Of a DNA stretch of 64,000 bases, positions 48,966 through 60,199 are shown piece by piece (positions within the stretch are counted from its first letter, which is position 1; every line of letters begins with the position of its first letter). A program made the translations under genes and the position numbers. Origin of the DNA: Squalus acanthias (Eukaryota); contig CM059431.1 in NCBI GenBank assembly GCA_030390025.1, positions 141,362,001-141,426,000 on the forward strand. The letters are read 5' to 3'. Under the pieces are notes generated by a model. The model was not told where the DNA came from. It ran no database searches and worked only from the letters and a program-made list of their open reading frames with translations.

Positions 48966-50780
48966 AATGTCATTCGACCGAACCCCGACAGCTTCGAGGG
49001 TGGGAGAGTTCCAGATTGTCACTATCCTTTGTGTGAAGATGTGCTTCCTTACATCACCCCTGAAACTGTACATCTCTAATTTGAAGGCTGTAGCCCCGAA
49101 TTCTGGACTCCCCCACCATAGGAAATTAGTGTCTCTCTAGCCCATCAAATCCTTTAATCGTTCTATACACCTCAATCAGATCACCTCTTCATCTTTTACA
49201 TTCAAGCGATTACAAGACTAGTCTATGCAAACTGTCCTAATAAGTTCCACACTTTACGCCCCGGTAGAATTCTGGTGAATTTGCGCTGCAGCCCATCCAA
49301 GACCAATATATCCTTCCTGAGGTGCGGTGCCCGGAACTGTGTGCAATAATCCAGTTTGGGTCTGCCCAGACATTTAAACTGTAGAATAACCTGCATCCCT
49401 TTGTATTCCGGCTCCCTTGAGAGAAACGCTAACATTACATATAAAGTATCAAGAAGTTTTTTTTTTCATAGAGATCCATATTAGATAGAATTACAGAAGA
49501 GGGACAGGCAATTTGGCCCTACTGGTCTGTGTCGGTGTCTATGCTCTGCACGAGCCTCCTCCCACCCTTATTAATGTAACCCTATTAGCCTATTCCTATT
49601 CCATTCTCCTTCATGAATTGATCTAGCCTTCCCTTAAATCCCTCAATGCTAATCGCCTGAACTATTCATTATGTTGTAAGTTCGACATTCTAACCACTCT
49701 CCTGAATCCCTTATGGATTTATTGGTGACTATCTTTTATTTATGACTACTAGTATTTGACTCCTCAAATCTTCTCGACGTCTACCCTATCAAAACCCTTG
49801 TTAATTTTAAAGCCATCAAAAGGTCACCACTCGGCCGTCACTTCTGTAGAGAAAAGAGACCCAGTCAGTTCAGTCTTTCCTGATAGTTATAAACTGTCAG
49901 TTCTGGTATTATGCTTGAACATCTTTATTGCACCTTCTCCAGAGCTGCTATAACCTTTTGTTATATGGAGACCAGAACACTCCAAAGTATTCTACGAGTT
50001 TCTACATAAGTTCAACATAAACTCTCTTCTTTTCAATTCTATTTCTCTAGAAATGAAACCCAGTGCTATTTGAATAGAAATTAAATCCACTCTGTCTGCA
50101 TTTTAATAGCCTTCTTAACCCGCATCTCTACTTTTAATGATTTATGAATCAGTACCCCTAGATCTCTTTGTTCCTATATCCCATTCAGACACTTTTTTTC
50201 CTTTCAGTTTATGGCCTCCTTATACCTCCTATCAAGATGTACCAGCTCACACTTATCTATATTTAAATTCATTTGCCAGCTGCACGTCCATTCTGCAAGC
50301 TTATTAATGTCTTCTTGTATTTTGTCGCAGCTTTCCTCCATATTAAGTATATTCTCTAATTTGATTTAATCCAGAAATTTTGAAATTGTACTTCCGATTC
50401 CTGAGATCAAATCATTTATGTAAATGATTATGTAAATGCTGCACCTGATTTTCGTGATTTTACTATGCGGAGCCCTAAATCTTGCTGCGCCTCCACAGTG
50501 CAAACCTTCTCACCATTTAGAAAATACACTGATCCATTTTCTCAGGTCCACATTGAACTCAATCTGCCACAGTTTAGCCCGCTCACTTAATTTATCAATG
50601 TCCCTGTAAAACTTTCAGCCCCCATCTCCTAACTTTAATGTGCCACCTAACTTGTTGTCGACAGTAAACTTGTTAACATGGTTCTCTATTGCTTCATCTA
50701 AGGCTTTGATAGATATAGTGAGAAGCTGAGGCCTCAGTCCAGATCCCTGGGCGACACCACTACTCACAGCCTGTGAAGGT
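48966..50780 (-). mobile_element. Cluster of CR1 fragments
   Basis: ORF 49223..49435 (RPKLDYCTQFRAPHLRKDIL), with further RT C-terminal sequence to about 50780. Confidence 0.75.
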
Positions 50781-50872
50781 TCAAACAGAAATAAATATTT
50801 ATAGTTTTAGAGTGTTGTTATAATTATAGACAGGCGTTATCATCAGAAGTTGATATGTCACATTTTTTTCAG

Positions 50873-50929
50873 CTAATAATTTGTGGGTGCATATGGTGTG
50901 TTCTGGAAAAGACAACATCTACAGTCCTT
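50873..50929 (+). CDS. MS4A copy B exon 3
   Basis: TTTTTTTCAG|LIICGCIWCVLEKTTSTVL|GTAAGT; 57 nt. Confidence 0.88.
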
Positions 50930-51339
50930 GTAAGTATCTCCATAATGGTTTTCCACTTAAACAAGCTCTCCATTGCAAGGAGTACTGTTTCATCCTGAAA
51001 TTCTGGTTACTGGGCAGATTATGTGCATATTAGCAAAGTAACCGTCAACTGGGATTGTTCAGACAACTAATAGCTCATATAATGAGGATGGATCTTGACT
51101 TTGTGCGAGAGTGTGAAAGTAGTCATAGCCAGGCAGCAGCCCGTCTTACATCTGCCCTTATTTATATTTCCATTGACTGCAATGGAATGGAAAATGGGGC
51201 GGGGTTGTAAAATTGGCGATTAAATCGACATCACTTGTTTTACACGATTGTCCAAATGTAAAATTAGACTCAATGGGGCTCTATGTTGACTTTGTGCGAA
51301 TCTGCAGCACATTTTACCTCTCCTCCGGTTTACATTTCT

Positions 51340-53000
51340 AGAGCAATACAACTCAAAAGCAGAAAGTTTATATTAAACTGATACAAAACCTTGGTTAGAC
51401 CACACTTAGAGTATTGTTCACTGTTCTGATCTCCATATTACAAAAGGGTTATAGAGGCACTGCAGAAAGTAACACATAAAACAATTTACAAGGATGAAGG
51501 CAGAAAATAATGGTTTCAACTATCAGAAAAGACCGAGAAGGCTGGAGATCTTTTCTCTTGAAAAGAGAAGAATGTGAGATGAATTGAAATTATGAAGGAG
51601 TTCGCTATGGTAGACCTAAAGAAAATGATTCCACTTGTGTGTGGGGAGGAAGGGGGGGGGGGGGGGGGGGGTCCACCAAAACTAAGGTCTTCAATATAAG
51701 ACAGTCACTACTAAATCCAATAACGAATTAATGAGAAACTTCTTTACTCAGAGAGTGGAGAGAAATAATTGCATTTATGTGGCGACTACTAATACCTCTG
51801 GACGTCCTAAAGCGCTTCACAGCCAATGAAATACTTTTGAAGAGTAGTCACTGTTGTAATGTTACGTGCTACCGCATGGAGTGGTTGAGGTGAATATCAT
51901 AGAACCATTGAGGCATCAAATAATACAGCACAGAAGAGGGCCATTCGGCCCAGTGTGCCTGTGGTTGCTCTTTAGTAGAGCTATCCGATTAATCCCATTC
52001 CCCTGCTCTTACCCCATAGCCATTCAAGTATTTATCCAATTCTACAATGGATGCTTTAACAGGAAGCTGTACAAGTACATGAGGGAGAAAGGAAAAGAAG
52101 GATAGGCTGAGATGAATTATGTTGGGAGAGGCCTCTGTGGAGCAGAAACATCGACATGGGCCAGTTGGCCCGAATGGCCTGTTGGTGTGGTGTAAAATTC
52201 TATGTAATTCTAAGTAATATATATCTTCAGAGGACTTCAATGGAAATAAAAATGAGGATAAATGAAATCATATTTCCGGCGCGCTACCACAGTTTCACAC
52301 TATCGCACAATGTCAAGATCAATCCATCTGTGTTTTACTCATTAGCAGTAGCTGCATTTCTAAACACTTGTTCTAACTGCTTCCTAGATTGCATTAAAGG
52401 TTATCTAGAAAATATTCCTCTCTGTAATTATTATGTTATCCGTTCATTTTATTGATCAATATAGTTTTCCAGAACTCACACTACATATTTACTCCCTAGA
52501 AAACCCTTTCTCCTACAAATTAGAATTATAGAACCATAGGCACAGGAGGAGGCCATTCTGCCTGTCGCGCCTGTGCTGGCTCTTTGTAAGAGCTATCCAT
52601 TTAGTCCAATTCCCCCTGTTCTTTCCCCATTTAGCCGTGTATTTTTGTTCCTCTTTAAGTATATATAGAATTCCCTTTTAAAAGTTACTATTGACTCTGT
52701 TTCCATAATCCTTTCAGGCAGTGCATTCCATATTGTAACCAATTGTCATAAATATGTGCTCTCTGGTTACCACCCTTATGCCAGTGGAAACAGTCCCTCT
52801 CTATCTACTCAAAACAACTCATAATTTCGAACACCTCTATTGTATCTACCCATAACCCATCTATTCTGAGGAGAACAATCCCAGCTTCTCTAGTGTCTAC
52901 ATATAAAATAATTCCCTAATCCCTAGCACCATTCTTGTAAATCTCCTCTGCTCCAACTCCAAGGTCTTGAGACCCCTCCTAAAGTGTGGTTCCTAGAAAT
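51340..53000. mobile_element. CR1 fragments (plus 51340-52210 with nested pieces; minus 52520-53000)
   Basis: LYKTLVRPHLEYC motif, NFFTQRV and CR1 tails; poly-G run at 51652-51671. Confidence 0.75.
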
Positions 53001-53254
53001 TAGATTGAACAATTCTCAGTTCCATTGTTTATGCTTTATGCTAACAATATCTCCTACTCTGCTGGGTCAAATGCCATTCCTAAAAATGAAATCTATTTCT
53101 TAATTTTGGAAAATTCGTATTGGATGGAATTTCAAACTACTTCCTATCTTTAGACAGATGCTTTGAATGAGAATTTTTGCAAACATTATTGCAAGTGTTG
53201 TGAAAATACCACCAACTACAGATATCTGAATAAATAATTGCTTATTCTTCGAAG

Positions 53255-53393
53255 TTGGCGGCGTATCTGGTGCTGAATATGATCAGTGCCCTTATTGCCA
53301 TAGCGGGTCTGGTCCAGCTTTCCACTGACTCACAGATTTGGTCCACAAGCGTTGTCTGGAAGTGTCTGTGATTCTCGGTTCATTACTTTGGAT
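53255..53393 (+). pseudogene. MS4A copy B exon 4 (TM3 + loop), disrupted
   Basis: TTCTTCGAAG|LAAYLVLNMISALIAIAGLVQLSTDSQIWSTSVVWKCL*. The frame needed to join exon 5 reads ..ALSGSVCDSRFITLD|GTAAGT. Confidence 0.82.
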
Positions 53394-54447
53394 GTAAGTA
53401 CAGAATTGCAATCTTAATACGTAATTAATATCTTTAAATCAACCAAGGCTGCATTTGCATGTGTTCTGAATTGTTTTATAGAGAATGTACAGCACAGAAA
53501 GAGGTAAATGTGTCCCAGCAGATCTATGTAGTGTTTATGCTCCGCAAGGGCCTCCTCTCACCTTACTTCATCTAACCCTATCAACATAGCCAGATTGTCT
53601 TTCACCCTCATGTGTTTATCTCACTTCCACTTAAATACATCGATAATATGCACCACAACCTCTCCATGTGGTAGTGAGTTCCACATTGTCACAACTCTCT
53701 GGTTAAAAGGTTCCTGCTGAATTATTTGTTGAATTTATTCGTGACTAATTATATTGATGGTCCCTAGTTTTGGACCCCTCTACACGTGGAAACATCTCTA
53801 CGTCTAACCTGCCTTAATTTTAAAGACGTCTATTAGGTCACCTTTCAGCCTTCTCTATTCTAGAGAAAAGAACCCACCTTATCAATCTGTAACACATTCT
53901 CCGACAAAATTGGCAAAAGCATCTTGCTTGAATTGCCTGAAAGGGCGGTGGAAGCAGATTTAATGGGGAAAGAGCAAAGGGGAGTGGAAGAAATTGCACA
54001 GCTCCTTCAAAGAGCCGACACAGGCACGATAGGCCGAACGGCCACCTTCTGTGCTGTATGGTTCTATAATTCACATCCTAGTCCAATATTTCCATCCCCC
54101 GCCCTCGAACATCACTTCATCTGAAGAATTATTCTTGACTCCCTGTGGCTGGTCGCCTAGTATTGAAACAAGGGGTTTGAAATTGATTTGCAGCAAAGCG
54201 ACTGATGTTCTGCTCCATTGAACTCAATTGGAAAGGAAATCGTGATGAGAGTAAAATGGGCGTCCGATGGCGAAGACCAATTTCACTCCCAACGTTCTAC
54301 ATTGGACCAAAATTTTCAATGTCTAATCCTAAATTTCAATTTGAGTTTCTACTTCAATTGTGCTGTCGCTGGGAGTTGCACCATTCTCCTTGCAAGAAGC
54401 AGTCTTAGTTCCAATTGTGTTAACATATTATTGCAACTGACCCACAG

Positions 54448-54573
54448 AGATATCGTTTCGGCCTCAGCCTCGTTCTCTTGCTCCTGGTGCTGTTGGAGCT
54501 GTCGGTATCAATCGTCGGTTCCATTTGCGGATGCAAAGTGTTGTGGAACAATTCTAAAACACAATTCAATAAG
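54448..54573 (+). CDS. MS4A copy B exon 5 (TM4)
   Basis: CCCACAG|RYRFGLSLVLLLLVLLELSVSIVGSICGCKVLWNNSKTQFNK|GTTGGT; classic MS4A TM4 pattern LLE.xxSI...GCK. Confidence 0.9.
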
Positions 54574-54734
54574 GTTGGTAGTTACAAGGCCACATTGCCA
54601 ATTCATATTTCCGGTTGAGCTGCTTAGAAAGAAAGACCTTGGGTCAGAAATTCTTCACGGGCGGGGGCGCAAAACGGGCGGCCGATCCGATCCTCCCGTT
54701 TTGCGCCACCGTCCGAGACGAATTTCTCGGCTCT

Positions 54735-55190
54735 TGCATTTATAAAGTGCAGATCATGACCCCGGGACGTCCCAAAGTGCTTGACATTCAATGAAACACT
54801 TTTAAACTGTAGTTAAGGTTGTAATGTTGGAAACTCGGTAGTCAATTAGTGCACAGGAAGGTCCCATAAACAACAATTTTATAAATGAGCCGGATACCTG
54901 ATTATTTTATGGTAGTGTTTCAGAGATAAATATTTGTCCTGGAAACGCGGAAGAACTTCCCTGCCTTACTTCTAAATAGTTCCATGGAATCTATTGCATC
55001 CACCTGAGAGAGCAGATTCGGCCTCGGTTTAACGTCTCATCCGAATGATCACACCTCTGACAGTGCAGTGCTTCCTGACTACCGCACCAGGACTGTCATC
55101 TTACATTTTGCTGCTGAAGTTTCTGGAGTGGGATTCTGAACTCACAACATTCTGACTCAGAGGCGAGCGAGCTATCACCTGAGCCAAGGG
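54735..55190 (-). mobile_element. Deu-domain SINE
   Basis: GGCCTCGGTTTAACGTCTCATCCGAA core and TTCTGACTCAGAGGCGAG head, in reverse. Confidence 0.82.
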
Positions 55191-55411
55191 GGGCACACAA
55201 TAGCTATTTGATCAATTCAGAATTTGGTGTTCACTTCCCAAAGTCTTGCAATGAGAAATCTCGTAATGTACCCTGCAATACTTCACTCCTGAGGAATTTG
55301 ACATCTGGCACGGAGGAAATCACCATCATTTATGTCAGTTTGTTTGTTCGTACAATTAATTATTTGTTTATCTATTTACTATTTAGATTTCAATTCCGAT
55401 TTCCTTTTCAG

Positions 55412-55489
55412 CCTCCAAATAAGCCTTCTGATCAGGACAGCACCTCTCAAACACCGATACACCAAGGTCTGATGTCTACAGCAGTCTGA
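55412..55489 (+). CDS. MS4A copy B terminal exon
   Basis: TTCCTTTTCAG|PPNKPSDQDSTSQTPIHQGLMSTAV*; AATAAA at 55665-55670. Confidence 0.82.
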   Translation, partial: PPNKPSDQDSTSQTPIHQGLMSTAV

Positions 55490-55696
55490 TGCCTTCAGCA
55501 CCGGTGTAGAATGGATTTCCATTATAGAGTGGGAGATTGAGCAGGAAGACTAATTGTTGCCGTGGAGTATAAATCCAGTTCATGACTGACCTCGCTTACT
55601 TTAATACAGCAAGGCATGTGAAACCAAGGGCTTTACCTGAAAAAAGCAACTAATAGATAAACAGAATAAAGAGAAATGTGAGAACTGAGCAATAAA

Positions 55697-56660
55697 ACAT
55701 AGGACCTTACAGAACAGAAGGAGGCAATTATGCCCATCGTGCCTGTGCCGGCTTTTTGAATGATCTATCCAATTAGTCCCTCTTCCCTGCCTTTTCCCCG
55801 TAGCTCTGCAATTTTTCCCTTCCAGTATATATCAAATTCCCTTTTGAAAGTAACTATTGAATCCGCTTCCACCACCATTCAGGCAATGCATATTGCTCAT
55901 CTCTTATATAAGAACATAGGAATTAGGAGCAGGAGTCGGCCGTACGGCCCCTCGAGCCCGCTCCACCATTCAGTAAGTTTATGGCTGAACTTCTACACCA
56001 ACTCCAATTTCCCGCGGATCCCCATATCCCATGATCCCATTAGTGCCCCAAAATTTACCGATCTCAAACTTGAACATACTCATTGAATGGACATCCGCAA
56101 CCTTCTGGGGTAGACAATTCCAAAGATTCACAATACTCTGAGTGAAGAAATGTCTCCTCGTCTCAGTCGTAAATGAACGACCCCTTATCATGAGACTATG
56201 AGCCATAGTTCTACACTCTGTAGCCAGGGGAAAACGTCTCTCAGCTTCTGCACGCTAAGAATTTGGAAGTCACTATATGATAACCTCACATTCTACTCAA
56301 TATCTCCTCAGAGGACAGCCCTCTCATCCCAGGAGTCAATCTAGTGAAGGTTCGTTGCACCCCACTAAGGCAAGTTTATCCTTCCGGCTCTTTGAAGGAG
56401 ACCGAAACTGTGCACAGTACTCCACGTGTGGTCTCATCAAGCCCATTATAATTGCAGCAAACCTCTTTACTCTTACACTCCAACACACTTGCAAAAAAGT
56501 CGAAGGGTGCATTGCCCTTCTTAAATGATTGCTCTAACTCCATGTTAACTTTCTGTGATCCGTGTACAAGGGCAGGCAAACTCCTCTGAATAAAAGCATT
56601 TTACTGGTCTCTCACCTTTTAAAAATATTCTGCTTTTCCATTCTTCGTGCCAAAGTGGGG
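55697..56660 (-). mobile_element. CR1 3' fragments
   Basis: ORF 55979..56206 (HSLMIRGRSFTTETRRHFFTQSIVNLWNCLPQK) and two CR1 tails. Confidence 0.85.
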
Positions 56661-56756
56661 TCCATGTACATAGATCATTAAAATGTCCTGGACAGGTACA
56701 GCTGTCCTTTGTACCAAGAGGACTAGAATACAAGGGTGTATACACCTGGAGTACTG

Positions 56757-57652
56757 TGTACGAAAGACTGCTATTAGAGATTCTTAGTAGATGGGAATCA
56801 TACATGTATAAATTCAACAGTAGCCATTGACCAACTAATCTTACCCATGATTCTCTGAGTATGGAAATGCTAAAGACTGTTCGAATGTAGCCATGAAGAC
56901 AGTTAAAAAGCAGTTTTGACTAAGCTCAAATAACTAACAACCACAGGCTGCGAGTGAAGGTTAAATTGTTATATCACATATTATAGTACTCATAACATAT
57001 TATAATGCTAATAGGAATTAGAGTTCGCTTAACAAAACTAATTACAAAGATATTTGAAAGATAATTAGTATAAAAGATGTAAAATGAAAGAGATCTTGGG
57101 AGTTAAAGTATCCACTTGGTAGATCAAAGTAAGATAGCCAGAACGCCGTCAAGATAAGGGAGACAGCTCTGACATGGGCCCGTTGGTATTAGGCCGTATA
57201 CTGCTTGTAACAGGGAGATGAGAATAAGAGAGATAAGATAAGTTCCAATAGAGTAGAGTTATTGGAAAGAAATTCTGAGCCAGGAGGAGTCAATATGCTG
57301 CCCTTAGTCTGAGGGACCATTAGAACTTATGAAAAAGGCAATTTTTTTTAAAGACCATATATGGACACTGGCCAAACGAATTGTTAATAAGAAAAGGGTT
57401 AAAACCTCGATACTAAAAGAGTAACTTCCCACAGAACTGCTGCGAAGGCAAAGCAACAGATTGAAGATGGCGTCACCTGTGTCTGAGAGGTTCCAGAGAC
57501 CTAGGGCTGCGAGCTATTTGTTAAAACTATCACCTATTGTTAACTATTTACGCTGTAAGCTTAATAAATCTTGATGCATTGCTCAAACCATACTGGCTGC
57601 TGCATATTTGTGTCTTGTCCAAGAAATCTGAGGGATAATTTAACATTTTACA
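56757..57652 (+). mobile_element. Putative 5' LTR of the endogenous retrovirus
   Basis: Non-CR1 block starting TGTA.. where CR1 sequence stops. AATAAA at 57563; ends ..TTTAACA or TTTTACA; followed by PBS-like GGTGATATCACAGATGGGAC. Boundaries are unverified because the second LTR is outside the window. Confidence 0.55.
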
Positions 57653-57971
57653 GGTGATATCACAGATGGGACAAGACAAAGTTGCTAGTATTGTGCAATA
57701 GGTTGGACCTGGAAAGTAGCTTACTGACGAGCTGCTGCTCTTGAGGAGGGATTAACGCCTCGTGGGGAATGCCTGTGGATTGCTCGCTGATAGTTACTAA
57801 TTTTAGAGCTTTGTTTAGAAATTCACAAAATGGTTAGTAATAGTTTCATTAACGCATATAAGAGTAAGTTAGACAGAGGTGCTGTGAGGAGGAGGTACAG
57901 GTATTAATGGAATGATTAACCAAAGGAGACCGAGTCCCCTTTGAAAAAGTGCTAACTTTATTCAGGGAAGT

Positions 57972-60010
57972 GTGAATCTAAAAATAAATAAAAGTGATAA
58001 GGCTACTAGGCTACCAGGCTATGCAGTATTTTACTGTGCTCAAAGAGATGATGAGTATTGTAAGAAACGAAGTAAAGAGATAGAAGAGCTAAAAGCACAA
58101 CACAATGAGTTAGAAGAAAAACATATTCAGGAGGCAGAGGACTTAAAAAAGCAGCAAGAGCTGAAGATGGAACACATAAATGGAAAGCAGGTTCAGGAAG
58201 TGGTAGAGTTGAAAAGGCGAATTACCGACTCAGAGAGCCAGAGCTCTCAAGCTGCGGTAGTTCTACAACAACAGAGCGTGTGCGCGTTCCAGGCAGGGGG
58301 CGCTATGCGCGGTCCAGGCAGGGGGCGCTACGCGCGGTCCAGGCAGGGGGCGCTATGCGCGGTCCAGGCAGGGGGCGCTATGCGCGGTCCAGGCAGGGGG
58401 CGCTATGCACGGTCCAGGCAGGGGGTGCTATGCACGGTCCAGGCAGGGGGCGCTATGCGCGGTCCAGGCAGGGGGGCGCTATGCGTGGTCTAGGCAGGGG
58501 GCGCTATGCACGGTCCAGGCAGGGGGCGCTATGCGTGCTCCAGGCAGGGGGCGCTATGCGTGGTCAAGGCAGGGGGCGCTATGCGTGGTCTAGGCAGGGG
58601 GCGCTATGCGCGTTCCAGGCAGGGAACGCTATGCGCGGTCCAGGCAGGGAGCGCTATGCGCGGTCCAGGCAGGGGGCGCTATGCGCAGTCCAGGCAGGGA
58701 GAACTATGCGCGGTCCAGGCAGGGGGCGCTATACGCGGTCCAGGCAGAGAGCGCTATGCGCGGTCCAGGCAGGGGGTGCTATGCGCGGTCCAGGCAGGGA
58801 GTGCTATGCGCGGTCCAGGCAGGGAGCGCTATGCGCGGTCCAGGCAGGGAGCGCTATGCATGAACTAGCAGAAACAAACAGGCGTTAAAATGTTGTGAGA
58901 TAGAGAGGGAGAATCTTACACGCGATCTACAAGATGCCAGAGGCGCCTTGAGGGAAGCTCTCCAGCGCCCTTATAGGGAGACGGATCACTTCACTGTAGG
59001 TGGAAGATATACGAAATGGAGGGAAAGCTGGGGAAACGGGAGGCTGTTGTGGCTGCTTTTACTGCCAGATCATATGATTCAGCAGGAGGAGCAGCTGGGG
59101 GAGGCGAGGTGATAAACTGGGACGCACTGGAAGAAAAGGTATATCAGTACGGCCGTCATGATGGTTGGGGAAACCCCGGGGTGTCCCTCACCCGTAGTAA
59201 AGGGTCGGCCCCTGTGAGTCCCATAGTTAGCACCCTGGCCTATGATGACAAGGGGGAAGCGCTCCGTTCCTCTCAATGCTGCCGAAGTACAAGCTTGTAT
59301 TAATGAGTTGGGCCCCATAACACTATCCGAGTGCCCCATTGACGTTGAGGCTCGATGGAATGCTTGGAAGCGGCGACACAGCGAATTAGAAGACACCGAT
59401 TTGAAACGCGTCCTCCTGCCTGCCACCAACTCCAAGATATGGCAAACTCTTCCGTTCCTGGTTTCTAATATCGCCATTACCTCGGCAGCAGTATTGGAGT
59501 CGATTCAGGAACAGTTAGGGATTAAGAGCATGGATATGGCTAAGAAATGTTATCAAACAACACAGGGACCAGTAGAATCACCCACTGTATACAGTGAGAG
59601 GATCTACACGGTTTATGGTGAAATCCAAGGGGACGCTCCTGACTCCGATGACGAAGGGAAGGACCAGGAACAGTTCAAGATACAATTATTGAATGGCTTG
59701 AAAAGCTCATTGAGGCGCGCTCTAGGATACACGGTCTTGGCCGAGACTAGGTGGGCTGAGCTAATCCAGAACACCAATCAGGCATAGACTTTTACAAGGG
59801 AGAAGTGTAGACCGAAAAAAACTGTTAGTGTGGTAGATGGCCATGGGCCAGAAGTTACGGTCTCTGCACCCAACCGCCCTTCCCACGTCGATTCGAAGGA
59901 AATTGTTTCAACTGTGGGAAACCTGGGCACTATTCTAAAAATTGTAGGAAACGTCGACAGCAGGGCCAACGCTCCCCTCCCTTTCGGGGAAATCCACCCC
60001 CACACGCGAT
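57972..60010 (+). pseudogene. gag: Degenerate gag region: N-terminal coiled coil plus capsid-like domain
   Basis: K/E/Q-rich heptads in ORF 57972..58493. ORF 59242..59787 contains QGPVESPTVYSERIY..FKIQLLNGL (MHR-like). Stops and frameshifts present. Confidence 0.7.
58275..58860. repeat. 25-bp GC-rich minisatellite GCGCTATGCGCGGTCCAGGCAGGGG inside gag
   Basis: About 23 copies; 25-aa period across three units in all frames. Confidence 0.95.
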
Positions 60011-60199
60011 AATATCATCTAATCCTCTGGAGACCAAGGTAGATCAATTGCCCTGAGGAATGAATAAATTAACAGCCATACTGAGCACCCACATTGCTAC
60101 AAGAGCTAATCCGGTGGCGGCCGCCTCGGATCCGGCTGGGCAACAGCCACAGGGATCCCAGGCGACGGCCCAATTAAGGGGACAGGCCCCCTCTTGGTC

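Larger units (their letters stand above)
46018..55489 (+). pseudogene. MS4A/CD20-like tetraspan gene, copy B (six coding exons; frameshift and premature TGA in exon 4)
   Basis: Exons 46018-46182, 47627-47737, 50873-50929, 53255-53393, 54448-54573 and 55412-55489. Motifs GKPKALG-VTQIVLG, LNMISALIAIAG and LLELSVSIVGSICGCK. Exon 4 is 139 nt with TGA at 53369-53371. Confidence 0.85.

Noticed and set aside
51652..51671. 20-nt poly-G run
   Set aside because: A simple homopolymer inside a CR1 fragment, possibly with an unreliable length.
58280..58888. RG-rich 202-aa ORF as an RNA-binding protein or foamy-type GR boxes
   Set aside because: It is the product of a non-triplet 25-bp repeat and lies upstream of the capsid-like region.
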